A stretch of 64,000 nt of DNA from a bacterium (GTDB lineage Bacteria > Patescibacteriota > Minisyncoccia > Phycocordibacterales > UBA5272): contig JAYUJP010000001.1 in the NCBI GenBank assembly GCA_043765155.1, forward strand, positions 19,268 through 83,267. Reading direction: 5' to 3'. The translations under genes and the position numbers were made by a program. Positions 44,371-55,119 of this stretch are shown piece after piece (position 1 is the first letter of the stretch; the number at the start of each line of letters is the position of its first letter). The notes under the pieces were generated by a model. It was not told the DNA's origin. It saw only the letters and a program-made list of their open reading frames with translations, and did no database searches.

Positions 44371-44440
44371 CAAAAAATAAACGAAGTGTTTTTAAAAGTC
44401 TCAATTATCCCCACCAATAAAATAAGCCCGATTATTTTAT

Positions 44441-44692
44441 TTGCAAATGAGACGTATTTATGATATTATACTAGGTATGCAATCTCTTATTTTAGCTGCA
44501 AACATAGTACTATCAGTCCTGCTTATCATACTAGTACTAATGCAGCGCGCAAATACTGACGCCGGCGGAGCTTTCTCATCAGAAAGTGTTGGCACATTTA
44601 AAAGACGTGGAGCCGAAAGTCTAATCTACAAATCAACAATTGTAGTATCTATACTTTTTGCTGCGTCACTATTAGCGCACGCATTGTTGTAA
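44441..44692 (+). CDS. secG: Preprotein translocase subunit SecG.
   Basis: The first TM is followed by LMQRANTDAGGAFSSE...FKRRGAESLIYKST and a second TM. This is the SecG pattern LLQxGKGGGxxxxFGG...RG. It lies after the tRNA cluster. Confidence 0.65.
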   Translation: MQMRRIYDIILGMQSLILAANIVLSVLLIILVLMQRANTDAGGAFSSESVGTFKRRGAESLIYKSTIVVSILFAASLLAHALL

Positions 44693-44726
44693 GCTTTAAT
44701 TAAAACAGGAGAATACATTTCTCAAA

Positions 44727-46493
44727 ATGCTTTTAAATAAAGAAGTTTTTAACTCAAAAAGTAATATTAAGAAGTTTCTAATAGTATTAAAAACACTAAC
44801 ACCAGAAAAATCTTTTTATTTTTACTTGTCACTTGTATTCATGCTGATACTTGGATTTTTTGCTATTTCTATTTTTCTAAAAAAGAATTATACCAAAGAG
44901 TCACCTCAGCATAATCAAGTATTAAATGTATACTCAGACGAAAAAGTCAAAAACTTTACTCCTCTTTTTGCTGAGTCAAAAACTGAAAAAATAATATCAG
45001 GACTACTATTTGCTGGGTTAATAAAAAATAACGGAGACTATTATACCATGGACTTAGCAGAGTCTATATATATAAGCGATAGCGGACTAGATATAAAAAT
45101 ACAATTAAAAGATAACTCGAAATTTTCAAATGGAGAAAAGATAACTACTGATGACATTATATATACTTACAAATTGATGCAGAGTTTTGATATAGATAAC
45201 AAGGATAGAGTCAAATATGAAGGATTATCTTTTGAAAAAGTCGATGATTTCAATATGAATATTGCTCTCAAAAAGAGTTACTCGCAAGTTAATAAGCTTT
45301 TGACCCTGGGTATAATAAGTAAAGATCAATATATAGGCGAGAAAATCGGTGACTTTGTTATATCTGATAAAAACTTGAACCCAATATCAAGCGGTCAATA
45401 TACTGTTAATAGCGTCTCTAATCTTAATGGTGTAATAGGAAATATGTCTCTTAAAAATAATAATAAATATTATAACCTTTCTAATTTTGGCAATATTAAT
45501 TTTTATACAGAAAAGTTAGAATCTGACAAAAGTATTATAGACTCATATGTAAAAGGTAATTCTATAGATATTATTCTGAGCGGCGCTTATTCTGAATATC
45601 TAGATACTACTATATATGATACTAAAAGCTATAACACTACTGTAGTCAATAATATATTTCTTAATCCTAGTAAAAATGATATTTTATCCAAAAAGATAAA
45701 TAGAGAATATCTTTATAAAAATATAAATAGGGACTATATAGTCAAAAATATATTAATGAACAATGCTGATACGTCTTTTGATATTATGCCTAATTCTAAA
45801 AATATAAACCCTCTTACTGAGGTGGATATAGAGAAAACTTCTCTTAAATTTACTGATAAGACTTCTATAGCTAGTTCTGGTACTAGCACAGAGCCTCAAA
45901 CGTCCGCTCAGCCTAATGCTAATCTTGTAACATCTATAAAGCTAACATTTTTAAATACCGATACCAATCAAAAGATTTATAACTACTTGCAGCAGACTTT
46001 TATTAAAAATAGTATAAATATAATTAGCGTGCCGGTCAATCAAGATACACTTCAGAGTATAATCAAAAATAGAGACTTTGAAATGCTTATGACCAATATA
46101 AGTATAGAAGATGTGTCTAGCCTATATTCATTTTTGCATTCTTCTCAGAAAAACGCTCCAGGCCTAAATATTACAAATTATATTAGCAAAACTTTTGACA
46201 AAAATATAGAAGTATTAAGGTCAGCGACCAACACAATAGATATAAATAATTCGTTAAGTAGCTTAAGGCAAGAATTTTATGAAGAGTATCCATATATACC
46301 GCTCTACTCAAAGACAAATAAGGTAAATATTACAAAAGAGCTAAAAACAAATACGGAAAATAACACAAGTAATGGCAATGAAGAAAATATATTAAAAAAC
46401 ATAAGCGCAGATTATAAAGAAACAGAATATCTGTACACTTTTTTAGAAAAATATAGAAATATTATTATCAAAGTTAACAAGATAATACATTAA
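44727..46493 (+). CDS. Membrane-anchored family-5 solute-binding protein-like (OppA/DppA-like) extracytoplasmic protein. It has no adjacent permease genes.
   Basis: The N-terminal region LFAESKTEKIISGLLFAGLIKNNGDYYTMDLAESIYISDSGLDIKIQLKDNSKFSNGEKITTDDIIYTYKLMQ fits the SBP_bac_5 N-terminus pattern. The rest is divergent. Confidence 0.45.
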   Translation: MLLNKEVFNSKSNIKKFLIVLKTLTPEKSFYFYLSLVFMLILGFFAISIFLKKNYTKESPQHNQVLNVYSDEKVKNFTPLFAESKTEKIISGLLFAGLIKNNGDYYTMDLAESIYISDSGLDIKIQLKDNSKFSNGEKITTDDIIYTYKLMQSFDIDNKDRVKYEGLSFEKVDDFNMNIALKKSYSQVNKLLTLGIISKDQYIGEKIGDFVISDKNLNPISSGQYTVNSVSNLNGVIGNMSLKNNNKYYNLSNFGNINFYTEKLESDKSIIDSYVKGNSIDIILSGAYSEYLDTTIYDTKSYNTTVVNNIFLNPSKNDILSKKINREYLYKNINRDYIVKNILMNNADTSFDIMPNSKNINPLTEVDIEKTSLKFTDKTSIASSGTSTEPQTSAQPNANLVTSIKLTFLNTDTNQKIYNYLQQTFIKNSINIISVPVNQDTLQSIIKNRDFEMLMTNISIEDVSSLYSFLHSSQKNAPGLNITNYISKTFDKNIEVLRSATNTIDINNSLSSLRQEFYEEYPYIPLYSKTNKVNITKELKTNTENNTSNGNEENILKNISADYKETEYLYTFLEKYRNIIIKVNKIIH

Positions 46494-46512
46494 TAAAATA
46501 ACAATCAAACAT

Positions 46513-48258
46513 ATGCAAAAATTTGGAAGAAGTAACTTTAAACAAAACACAACATTAGTCGACACAAAAAGATCGGCTCATATATCAAACATAAAAGATG
46601 GTGACTACAGGATAATCAATCTTGGTGGTACTGAGGAGTGCGGCAAAAATATGACGCTCATAGAGTATAAAAACAGTATACTAATCATAAATGCTGGTGC
46701 CCAATTTTCAGCTAGCTCAATGCCTGGTGTTGACTTTATAATACCAAATATAAAATATCTCGAGGAAAATAAAGACAAGATAAAAGGTGTAATATTTACA
46801 ACTAGTACTCTGGAGTATAGCGGAGCCTTTCCTTTTATAAATGAAATGTTAAATTTTCCGCGCGTATATGGTAGACATTTTACAAATACACTTATACAAA
46901 AAAGAATTGAGAATAAGGGGCTAATCTGCAAGAACGACTTTATACCTGTAGAGGATAATATATCTCTGAATATTGGTGACTTTAAAGTTAGATTTTCAAA
47001 TACTCAGTCCTCTACTCCAGACTCTATGAATATATCTATAGAGACTATAGAAGGTGATATCACTTATATGAGTGACACAAAGCTAGATAAGAATAATGTA
47101 AAAAATCTTGAGACTTTGCCTAATTTTGAAAATAACACTAAGACACTTTGCCTTATTGCTGACTCACTTAATAGTGAAGTAGGGATAAGTGAATTTGAGC
47201 TGTCTGACACAAAAGAAAAACTTAAGAAAGTATTTGCTGAGACCAAAAATAAAATATTTATAACTACTTTTGCTAATAATATATATCATATTATTAAAAT
47301 AATAGAGCTAGCCAAAGAAATGGGAAAGAAAATAATATTAGACAGCAAAACAGTAGAAGAAAATATATCTAGCGCCCAAGAGATTGGACTTATAGGTAAA
47401 ATAGATGACGTAGTCATAGATATACTTGAAAAAGATAAACATAAATCAAGTGACCTTATATATATAGTAACAGGCGAAGAAGGACGTGAGATGGATACTA
47501 TACTCAAAATAGTCGAGACTGATTACAAGGGTATCAAAATCGAGGACGGTGACATAGTAATAATGGCAACACACCCTATTATACATAATCAGCGTGCAGC
47601 CCAGAACTTAAAAGATGGACTGTCACGTGCCGGAGCTGATACTATACATTATAAGTATAGCGATATACTTATAACTCAATCAGGTAGCGGCGAGGACCTA
47701 GCCAAGATACATCGTGCCCTTACACCAAAATTCTTTATACCTATGGCTGGTTGTCACTATATGTTACGCGTACATGCTGATATAGAGAGAAGACTAGGAA
47801 CCCCTGAAAACCATATCATAATACCTGATAATGGTATGATAATCGAGATACGTGATAACTGTCAGCGTATATCTAACACCCGTGAAAAAGTAGATACCGA
47901 GGTTGTAGTAGTGGATGGGAACAAAATAGGTAAGCTGCATAATGTGGTACTAAAAGATAGAGAAATACTAGGAGCCCAAGGAGTATTCTTTATAATATCA
48001 CTCATAGACATGCGCGGTCATAAGCTGAAAAAAGCTCCGGACCTAGCAACGCGTGGATTTGTATTTTTAAAAGAGTCACAAGAATTATTAGTCGGCGCTC
48101 GTGACATGTCCAAAAATATAATCGAGGAATATCTTTATAAAAATAATCACATAGAAATAGACGACATAAAGGAGGCTCTGCAGTCACAAATAGCCAAATA
48201 CCTTATGCTAAAAACAGCTAAGCAGCCAGTCGTAATACCTATAATTATAAGAGTCTAG
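46513..48258 (+). CDS. RNase J paralog (metallo-beta-lactamase/beta-CASP fold) lacking the canonical metal-binding motifs. Probably catalytically inactive.
   Basis: It aligns along its full length to the downstream RNase J. HGHLDH is replaced by TTSTLEY, HTGD by YMSDT, and SGHA by SGSGED. The TDST-like motif is ADSLN. Confidence 0.7.
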   Translation: MQKFGRSNFKQNTTLVDTKRSAHISNIKDGDYRIINLGGTEECGKNMTLIEYKNSILIINAGAQFSASSMPGVDFIIPNIKYLEENKDKIKGVIFTTSTLEYSGAFPFINEMLNFPRVYGRHFTNTLIQKRIENKGLICKNDFIPVEDNISLNIGDFKVRFSNTQSSTPDSMNISIETIEGDITYMSDTKLDKNNVKNLETLPNFENNTKTLCLIADSLNSEVGISEFELSDTKEKLKKVFAETKNKIFITTFANNIYHIIKIIELAKEMGKKIILDSKTVEENISSAQEIGLIGKIDDVVIDILEKDKHKSSDLIYIVTGEEGREMDTILKIVETDYKGIKIEDGDIVIMATHPIIHNQRAAQNLKDGLSRAGADTIHYKYSDILITQSGSGEDLAKIHRALTPKFFIPMAGCHYMLRVHADIERRLGTPENHIIIPDNGMIIEIRDNCQRISNTREKVDTEVVVVDGNKIGKLHNVVLKDREILGAQGVFFIISLIDMRGHKLKKAPDLATRGFVFLKESQELLVGARDMSKNIIEEYLYKNNHIEIDDIKEALQSQIAKYLMLKTAKQPVVIPIIIRV

Positions 48259-48307
48259 GCTTTTAAATTATTATAAAAATTTATAAAAAAATATTAATAG
48301 AAAAAAT

Positions 48308-50236
48308 ATGCAAAATAACAACAATAAAAATAGTGGCGGATCATATCAAAACAAAAGGCCTGTAGCAGCTCCAAAAAGATTTGAATCAAAAGGTAGCTAC
48401 CCAGCGACTACACCAAAATCAAGTATGCCAAAATCAAATGACATATTAGATGGTATACAGAGAAAAGATTTTAAATCAAAAAGAGATAAAAAAATAGTGC
48501 AGCCAGTATTTGAAATGAAAATGGGTGAAGCAAATGAGACCGCTAATATACCACCTCTTGCTGATGGTGACATACGTATCATACATCTGGGCGGTGTAGA
48601 AGAGATTGGTAAAAATATGTCCATAGTCGAGTATAAGGATACTATTGTAGTTGTAGACTGTGGTATACAATTCTCAGAAGCTTCGACTCCAGGTATAGAC
48701 TTTATACTTCCTAATACCAAGTATCTAGAGGAGAGAAAGGACAAAATTAAAGGTGTATTTATAACTCATGGTCACCTAGACCATATTGGGGCTATACCCT
48801 ATATTATGCCGCGTATTGGTAACCCTAATCTTTATACTAGGAACTTTACTAGCCTAATGATAAGAAAAAGACATGAGGAGTTCCCATATCTTGATCCGCT
48901 CAAAATTAAAATTGTAGAGAAAACTGACGCCATAGATCTTGGTGGTCTTAAGGTTAGCTTCTTTGGAGTGTCACATGCTATACCGGACTCTATGGGTATC
49001 AGAATAGAGACACCGTACGGTGATATAGTTCATACAGGTGACCTGAGACTCGATCATGAGGCCGGCGTACCTAGCGAGCGTGAGCTAAAAAGCTTTGCTA
49101 GCTTTAACGAGAGAAAGACACTATTACTTATGACCGACTCGACTAATTGTGAGAATCCTGGATTTTCTATTTCTGACTCTATTGTGTATAGAAATATAGA
49201 AACTGCTATACGTGATACTAATGGTAGGCTTATAGTCTCTACTTTTTCTTCACAGGTTGAGCGTATGTTATTTATGCTAGAATGCGCCGAAAAATATGGC
49301 AAAAAAGTAGTAGTCGAAGGTAGAAGTATGAAAACAAATGTCGAGGTTACTAGACTTGCTGACATGATGAAAATAAAACCAGAGACTATTATACCAATAG
49401 AAACTATGGATAATTATCCGCCTAATAAGTTAGTCTTGATGGTAACAGGAGCTCAGGGTGAGGACTTTGCGGCACTGGGTCGTATAGGTCTCAAGAATCA
49501 TAAATATATCAAGTTATCTAAATACGATACTATACTTATGAGTAGCTCAATAGTGCCAGGTAATGAAAGGCCCGTACAAAAGTTAAAAGATAATCTCTCA
49601 AGACAAGGGGCGCATCTTATACTCTATAATACAAGCGATATACACTCTTCAGGTCACGCTAATGCTGACGAGCTAGCGTGGATACACAAGGCTATTAACC
49701 CTAAATTCTTTATACCGGTACACGGATATCATTATATGTTAGCAACACATGCTAATATAGCGATGAAGACTTTAGGTATACCAAGAAAAAGCGTAGTTAT
49801 ACCTGATAATGGTATGGTTATAGAAATAAGGGACAAGGGTGAGACCATAACTCATCTAAAAGAATACGCTCCTCGTGACCTACTAGTTGTAGATGGTACT
49901 AGTGTGGGTAAAATAGCCGACGTCATCATCAAAGATAGGCAGAATCTAGGTGATGAAGGTGTATTCTCAGTTATAGTGCTCATCGACTCGTTTACAAAAA
50001 GATTAAAGAAATCTCCAGACATAGCCTCACGTGGGTTCATATATTTAAAAGAATCTCAGGAGCTACTATTTCAAGTGCGCGAAGAGATAAAGCAAATATG
50101 TGAAAAATATCTACGTGAAAATGCCACCATCAACACTGATGACTTGCGTGCTATCTTAAAACTAAAAGTTCAAGAAATGCTAGTTGACGCTACTGCAAAG
50201 AAGCCGGTAATAATGCCAATTATTATTACTATTTAG
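48308..50236 (+). CDS. rnj: Ribonuclease J (5'-3' exo/endoribonuclease) with a Lys/Ser-rich N-terminal extension.
   Basis: Motif 2 HGHLDHIG, HTGDLRLD and the beta-CASP motifs TDSTN and SGHAN. The C-terminal domain is present. Confidence 0.85.
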   Translation: MQNNNNKNSGGSYQNKRPVAAPKRFESKGSYPATTPKSSMPKSNDILDGIQRKDFKSKRDKKIVQPVFEMKMGEANETANIPPLADGDIRIIHLGGVEEIGKNMSIVEYKDTIVVVDCGIQFSEASTPGIDFILPNTKYLEERKDKIKGVFITHGHLDHIGAIPYIMPRIGNPNLYTRNFTSLMIRKRHEEFPYLDPLKIKIVEKTDAIDLGGLKVSFFGVSHAIPDSMGIRIETPYGDIVHTGDLRLDHEAGVPSERELKSFASFNERKTLLLMTDSTNCENPGFSISDSIVYRNIETAIRDTNGRLIVSTFSSQVERMLFMLECAEKYGKKVVVEGRSMKTNVEVTRLADMMKIKPETIIPIETMDNYPPNKLVLMVTGAQGEDFAALGRIGLKNHKYIKLSKYDTILMSSSIVPGNERPVQKLKDNLSRQGAHLILYNTSDIHSSGHANADELAWIHKAINPKFFIPVHGYHYMLATHANIAMKTLGIPRKSVVIPDNGMVIEIRDKGETITHLKEYAPRDLLVVDGTSVGKIADVIIKDRQNLGDEGVFSVIVLIDSFTKRLKKSPDIASRGFIYLKESQELLFQVREEIKQICEKYLRENATINTDDLRAILKLKVQEMLVDATAKKPVIMPIIITI

Positions 50237-50264
50237 TTAACAGAAACAAAAATTAAAAGTAGGA

Positions 50265-50295
50265 AAGCGCCGGCTACGCCGGCGCTTTTATATGT
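50265..50295. terminator. Intrinsic terminator hairpin (AAAGCGCCGGC-tac-GCCGGCGCTTT followed by TA).
   Basis: Perfect 11-bp GC stem downstream of rnj. Confidence 0.6.
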
Positions 50296-50323
50296 TATAA
50301 TATTAGTAAGTATAAAATAAAAT

Positions 50324-51493
50324 ATGTCCTCAGAAATAAAAAAGAAATTATTAGTGGTCGGATTCTCAATCTCAATGCTCTACGCCCTCTACTTTGCGAT
50401 GCCGCTATATCTTAACTCTAGCGTGCTGAGTATATATTTTAGCTCCAGTAATGTATCTATAATATTTGCGGTATCTGCGCTGGTGGCCCTCATTACCAGT
50501 CTTTCTCTTGCCAAGTTTATAAGAAAGCTACATAGCCATACCTTCGCCATTTGTGTTATATTTGTTGGATTTTTTGCTACTCTTGGTCTTGGATATTTTG
50601 AGAATATTTATCTGATTCCAGTATTATTTGCGTTACATTTTTCAACCTCTATATTACTTCTTAACATAATCAATCTTTTTATAGAAGAGTTCACCGAGCG
50701 TGATAATGAGGGATCTACTCGTGGTATATTTTTGACTATGATAAATGCTGGTATACTAATATCTCCCCTCATAGCGGGTCAAATACTCAGCGCCTATGGC
50801 TATAAGTGGGTTTATATAGCTTCCGCGCTCATGCTTATACCTGTAGCTTATCTGATACGTCATTATTATGCTAATATTCCGGACCCAATCTATAAGAATG
50901 TAAATATGAGTATGGCTCTAGATCAAGTTAGGAGAAATAAAAATCTGTACGGCATAATGCTAGCTACTTTTTTGCTTGAGTCATTTTTTACAATGATGGC
51001 CATATATGCTCCGCTATACCTCATGATGAATACCACGATAACCTTGGCACAATATATAGGCATCATAATACCTTTTGCGCTCATTCCTTTTGTGTTGTTA
51101 CCATATGAATTAGGGTATCTGGCCGACAAAAAATTTGGTGAAAAAGAGATGCTAATAACTGGTCTTGTTATTATTATAGCCTGCTCACTACTCTTTCCAT
51201 TTTTGATGACAAGTAGTATTTTTTATCTTTCTATATTCTTATTTATCTCTCGCATTGGAGCCGCCATGGTCGAGACTATGTCACATACTTATTTTTACAA
51301 AAAAGTAAAAGTTGAGAGAGTTTCTGTTATAACTTTATTTAATAATGTTAGGACACTCGCTTATATTATCACACCTATAGTAGGCGGCCTAATCATAGCC
51401 CTAGCCGGTAACATGATGTATGTTTTTGTAGTTTATGCTATAATATCTTCTCTAATCTTGATAAAAGTATCTAAAATAAAGGATACCTTATAA
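50324..51493 (+). CDS. MFS-type transporter (12 TM).
   Basis: Twelve hydrophobic helices in a 6+6 arrangement with a central loop. Confidence 0.6.
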   Translation: MSSEIKKKLLVVGFSISMLYALYFAMPLYLNSSVLSIYFSSSNVSIIFAVSALVALITSLSLAKFIRKLHSHTFAICVIFVGFFATLGLGYFENIYLIPVLFALHFSTSILLLNIINLFIEEFTERDNEGSTRGIFLTMINAGILISPLIAGQILSAYGYKWVYIASALMLIPVAYLIRHYYANIPDPIYKNVNMSMALDQVRRNKNLYGIMLATFLLESFFTMMAIYAPLYLMMNTTITLAQYIGIIIPFALIPFVLLPYELGYLADKKFGEKEMLITGLVIIIACSLLFPFLMTSSIFYLSIFLFISRIGAAMVETMSHTYFYKKVKVERVSVITLFNNVRTLAYIITPIVGGLIIALAGNMMYVFVVYAIISSLILIKVSKIKDTL

Positions 51494-51531
51494 TCCTACT
51501 ACGCTAAAGCTACGCAGGACAAGAAAAAAAT

Positions 51532-52608
51532 ATGAAAGACCTAGAATCAAAAAAAGAAATAACAAGAGAAAATCTACTCATAAAAGCTGAAAAGAATATA
51601 CAAGATATTTTAAATATCTGTATAAAGCATAATACAGAAACTAATAACCCTGAGCATAAAAATAAAGCTCTTGTTATATATGATACTGATTATCAGCTGA
51701 CAAATATACTCACAGGGACTTATAAAAAGATTTTGCCCGACGCGACTTTTATCGAGTTCAAAGATGATAACAAACAAGAAATAATTAACTCTTTTGACAC
51801 CATGAATCCTGGTGACCTTGTAGTTATGCTACAGAGCACCAACTTTTTGCTCAATGAGTTTCGTATAAGACTACACCTTTTTAATAAAAACTTAAAAGTC
51901 GTCGAGCATATGCATCTAGAGCGTAACACTCCTGATCAGTGGGAGACATACATAGACTCGCTTGCTTATGATACATCTTGGTATCCAGTTGTTGCACCCG
52001 CTCTCAAAAATAAATTAGATAATTCTAAAATTTTAAATATAGTAACCGGAGCATCAGAGTCTGACACTGCCCTATTAACAATATCTGGCCCACTAGAGGA
52101 TGCTAAGCTTAATATTGGAGATTATACCGGTATGAATAATGTTGGCGGTACATTCCCGATTGGTGAGGTCTTTACCGAGGTGCAGAATTTTGAGGATATG
52201 AACGGTGAAGTATATATATATGCCTTTGCTGATAGTGATTTTAATATTAGCATGCATGAGCCGTTCAAAATCATAATAGAAAATGGACTAGTCACAGGCT
52301 ATGGCGATAATGCGCCTACTAGCTTTATTAATATATATAATCAGGTAAGTGGTCACGAGCGTCCGCTAATACGCGAAGTTGGTTTTGGTCTTAACAAAGC
52401 TATAACCAAGGAGAAATATCTCAATGATATCACCGCCTTTGAGCGTATACTAGGCTCACACCTTTCACTAGGTGAAAAGCATAGTGTCTACAAAAAAGAA
52501 GGTATGCAAAGTAAAAAGACAAAGTATCATGTGGACCTATTTCCTGCTATTATCTCAGCTGAGGTTAATGGTGAAGTTATTTTTAAAGACGGGAAATATG
52601 TGCTGTAG
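51532..52608 (+). CDS. Peptidase M29 (aminopeptidase T/S)-like protein.
   Basis: GTFPIGEVFTEV resembles the M29 NIPxGEVFTAP motif. The C-terminal KTKYHVDLFP...DGKYVL resembles M29 SMVHVDWM...G.W. Confidence 0.5.
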   Translation: MKDLESKKEITRENLLIKAEKNIQDILNICIKHNTETNNPEHKNKALVIYDTDYQLTNILTGTYKKILPDATFIEFKDDNKQEIINSFDTMNPGDLVVMLQSTNFLLNEFRIRLHLFNKNLKVVEHMHLERNTPDQWETYIDSLAYDTSWYPVVAPALKNKLDNSKILNIVTGASESDTALLTISGPLEDAKLNIGDYTGMNNVGGTFPIGEVFTEVQNFEDMNGEVYIYAFADSDFNISMHEPFKIIIENGLVTGYGDNAPTSFINIYNQVSGHERPLIREVGFGLNKAITKEKYLNDITAFERILGSHLSLGEKHSVYKKEGMQSKKTKYHVDLFPAIISAEVNGEVIFKDGKYVL

Positions 52609-52637
52609 ATTGTATTTTAAATATATTGTACTAATTA

Positions 52638-53414
52638 CTAAATAGCAGCATCATTTTTTATATTCATTTGAGCTTTGTACTTCTCAATAATTTCAGGATA
52701 TTTACCCTCTTTACACTCAGATATAAACTTATTCATACTTTCAGAATCTTTGAACCTCATATAAGTCAAAGCATCCTGGCACACAAAATTTATATCTAAT
52801 TTTCCAGATGTTTTAATATTTATATCAAATGTTTTGAGAGGGTTTGATTTTACAATACTCTGAGCCTCCTGATATCCTTGACTATAGTCAAAATCCCAAC
52901 GAGGCGGTAAAGCAAATACGTAAATATTATTTCTCCCTAACTCACTAGCAGCAAATGGTGCAGCTGATACAGAAAAATTGCCAGCAGTATAAGAAATCCA
53001 CTGATTGATACTAAATACAAGAACAGGAATATCCTCATACGGTAAAGCAGGAGTCCAGTTTGGATTTCTTATTAAGAATTTAGGGCCCATCTGCTTAGTA
53101 CTAGTAGCTTTTAATGAGTTTCCTTCCCAAGTACTACTTACAACTGAATACCCTTTCCAGCTGTCAGGCATAAAAAAGTTAAAACCGAGATTTTGATTGC
53201 TGTATACTACAGGATTATTAGAATTTTCACTAGTAGAAGAGGCATTATTATTAGAAATTGGAATATTAGCAGGTAACACATTTTTATTTTTGAAGTACTG
53301 CAAATATAGAATAGATCCCAGCGTGACAACAATTACTAAAGTTAATAGGTAAATTATTTTATTTTTGTTCATATATTTAATTGTAGCACAAAAATAAAAT
53401 TTTTTGTCAAGCAT
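52638..53414 (-). CDS. Hypothetical secreted or membrane-anchored protein.
   Basis: N-terminal TM anchor (IIYLLTLVIVVTLGSILYL), then an Asn/Ser-rich linker and a globular domain with Cys pairs. Confidence 0.4.
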   Translation of the reverse strand: MLDKKFYFCATIKYMNKNKIIYLLTLVIVVTLGSILYLQYFKNKNVLPANIPISNNNASSTSENSNNPVVYSNQNLGFNFFMPDSWKGYSVVSSTWEGNSLKATSTKQMGPKFLIRNPNWTPALPYEDIPVLVFSINQWISYTAGNFSVSAAPFAASELGRNNIYVFALPPRWDFDYSQGYQEAQSIVKSNPLKTFDINIKTSGKLDINFVCQDALTYMRFKDSESMNKFISECKEGKYPEIIEKYKAQMNIKNDAAI

Positions 53415-53508
53415 CTGCTAAACTTGTGTTTTATAATACAATTATTAAAAAATAAGAAACAAAAATATTTTGAGTATATAGGTAAAATATAGTATAATTT
53501 ATAATAAT

Positions 53509-55089
53509 ATGAAGACGCTGTACTGGCACAAAAGAGATTTTAGACTGATTGACAATGATGTTTTGCATAAACTAGAGGATAATTCTACTGAGTTTATCCC
53601 TTTTTATATCTGGGAGGACTTTTTGATCAACACTTATCAAATGTCAGGTATGCATAAGCATGTAGCGTTACAAGTAATAACTTCGACTAGGGAGCATTAC
53701 AAAAAATATGACGTGCAGCTACTTGAAGTAGCTGGCGATATAATATCTTTTCTAAAAGTGATGAAGGAGATATATAATTTTGACGCCCTATACTCTCACA
53801 TGGAGCATGGCACTACTGACACTTATGAGCGTGACCGCGAGGTTAACAAATGGTGTGATGCAAATAATGTTAAGCGTACCCAGCTCGCCCCCTCCTCTGT
53901 CGTTCGCGGTCTTGAGATGCGTAAACATAGGGAAAAATATTGGCATAAGTATATTAATAGTGCTACCAATACTATTAACAAGCTTGTAACAGTGTCTAAT
54001 AATGAGTATAAAAATATTGAGAATAATTTAACTCCGTTTATACTGGCCAAAGAAAATCTTTATAAAAATATTAGCAAAAGTAGCTCAGAGAATAATTTTG
54101 ATAATATGCTCGCCCCAGTTACCGAAAAGAATGCCCATCTCACTCTTAGGGACTTTTTAAAGGTGAGGAGTCTCAAATATCGCGGTAGCATTTCTTCTCC
54201 AAATACTGCGCTCATTTACGGCTCTAGGCTTTCAGCTCACTTGGCCTGGGGCACTATTTCATTACGTTATATTTATAGAGAGACAAATAAAATAATGGCA
54301 GAGTTAAAAAGATCTATTGACCTTGGTATAAATACGCAAAGTGACAAAAGACAAGTCCAGTCACTACGCGGCTTTTTATCTAGGCTACACTGGAGAGATC
54401 ACTTTATCCAAAGGTTAGAGACTAATAGCTCAATGCCTTGGCGCGCCCTTAATCCAGTTTTTGAAAATATAGAATATGTCCAAGGAAAAGAGAAGGAAAA
54501 AAGGCTAACAGCTTGGCTCACAGGTACTACGGGCGAGCCGCTAGTTGACGCCTGCAGGAGATGTTTGAGGCAGACTGGATTTGTTAATTTTAGAATGCGG
54601 GCCATGTGCGTATCTTACGCTTATTATGCACTCCATATCGACTGGCGTGATATTGGGTTCACTCTTGGCCCTATGTTCTATGATTATGAACCTGGTATAC
54701 ATTGGTCACAGGTGCAGATGCAGGCGGGAGTTGTGGGTATCAATGCCCTACGTGTATATAGCCCCGAAAAGCAAATGCTGGACCAAGATCCTGAATGTAT
54801 CTTTATCAAGAAGCATATCCCTGAGCTTAGCTCATTTACAAGTACCGATATACATAATTATAAGAAAAATAAGCTAGGCGACTATCCAGCTCCGATAGTA
54901 GACTTTTTAGCCTCGAGTAAGATAATGAAAAAGACTATGTATGACCTCAAGAAAAGCACTGAGAATAAAATAGAAAAAGAGATGGTCCTGGCCAAGCATG
55001 GTAGTACGGTGTTCAAAAAACCTTTTAAGAAAAAAGACAAAGGTATCGTGAAGAAAGATGATAGACAAATGAAGTTACTAGAAGATTAA
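53509..55089 (+). CDS. Cryptochrome/photolyase-family protein (FAD-binding DNA photolyase).
   Basis: N-terminal LYWHKRDFRLIDNDVL matches LxWFRRDLRLxDNxAL. The C-terminal TGEPLVDACRRCLRQTGFVNFRMRAMCVSYA...IDWRDIGF...YSPEKQ...HIPEL is the photolyase FAD-binding domain signature. Confidence 0.75.
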   Translation: MKTLYWHKRDFRLIDNDVLHKLEDNSTEFIPFYIWEDFLINTYQMSGMHKHVALQVITSTREHYKKYDVQLLEVAGDIISFLKVMKEIYNFDALYSHMEHGTTDTYERDREVNKWCDANNVKRTQLAPSSVVRGLEMRKHREKYWHKYINSATNTINKLVTVSNNEYKNIENNLTPFILAKENLYKNISKSSSENNFDNMLAPVTEKNAHLTLRDFLKVRSLKYRGSISSPNTALIYGSRLSAHLAWGTISLRYIYRETNKIMAELKRSIDLGINTQSDKRQVQSLRGFLSRLHWRDHFIQRLETNSSMPWRALNPVFENIEYVQGKEKEKRLTAWLTGTTGEPLVDACRRCLRQTGFVNFRMRAMCVSYAYYALHIDWRDIGFTLGPMFYDYEPGIHWSQVQMQAGVVGINALRVYSPEKQMLDQDPECIFIKKHIPELSSFTSTDIHNYKKNKLGDYPAPIVDFLASSKIMKKTMYDLKKSTENKIEKEMVLAKHGSTVFKKPFKKKDKGIVKKDDRQMKLLED

Positions 55090-55119
55090 AATTTGATATA
55101 TAAAAGTAGAGTATTTAAC

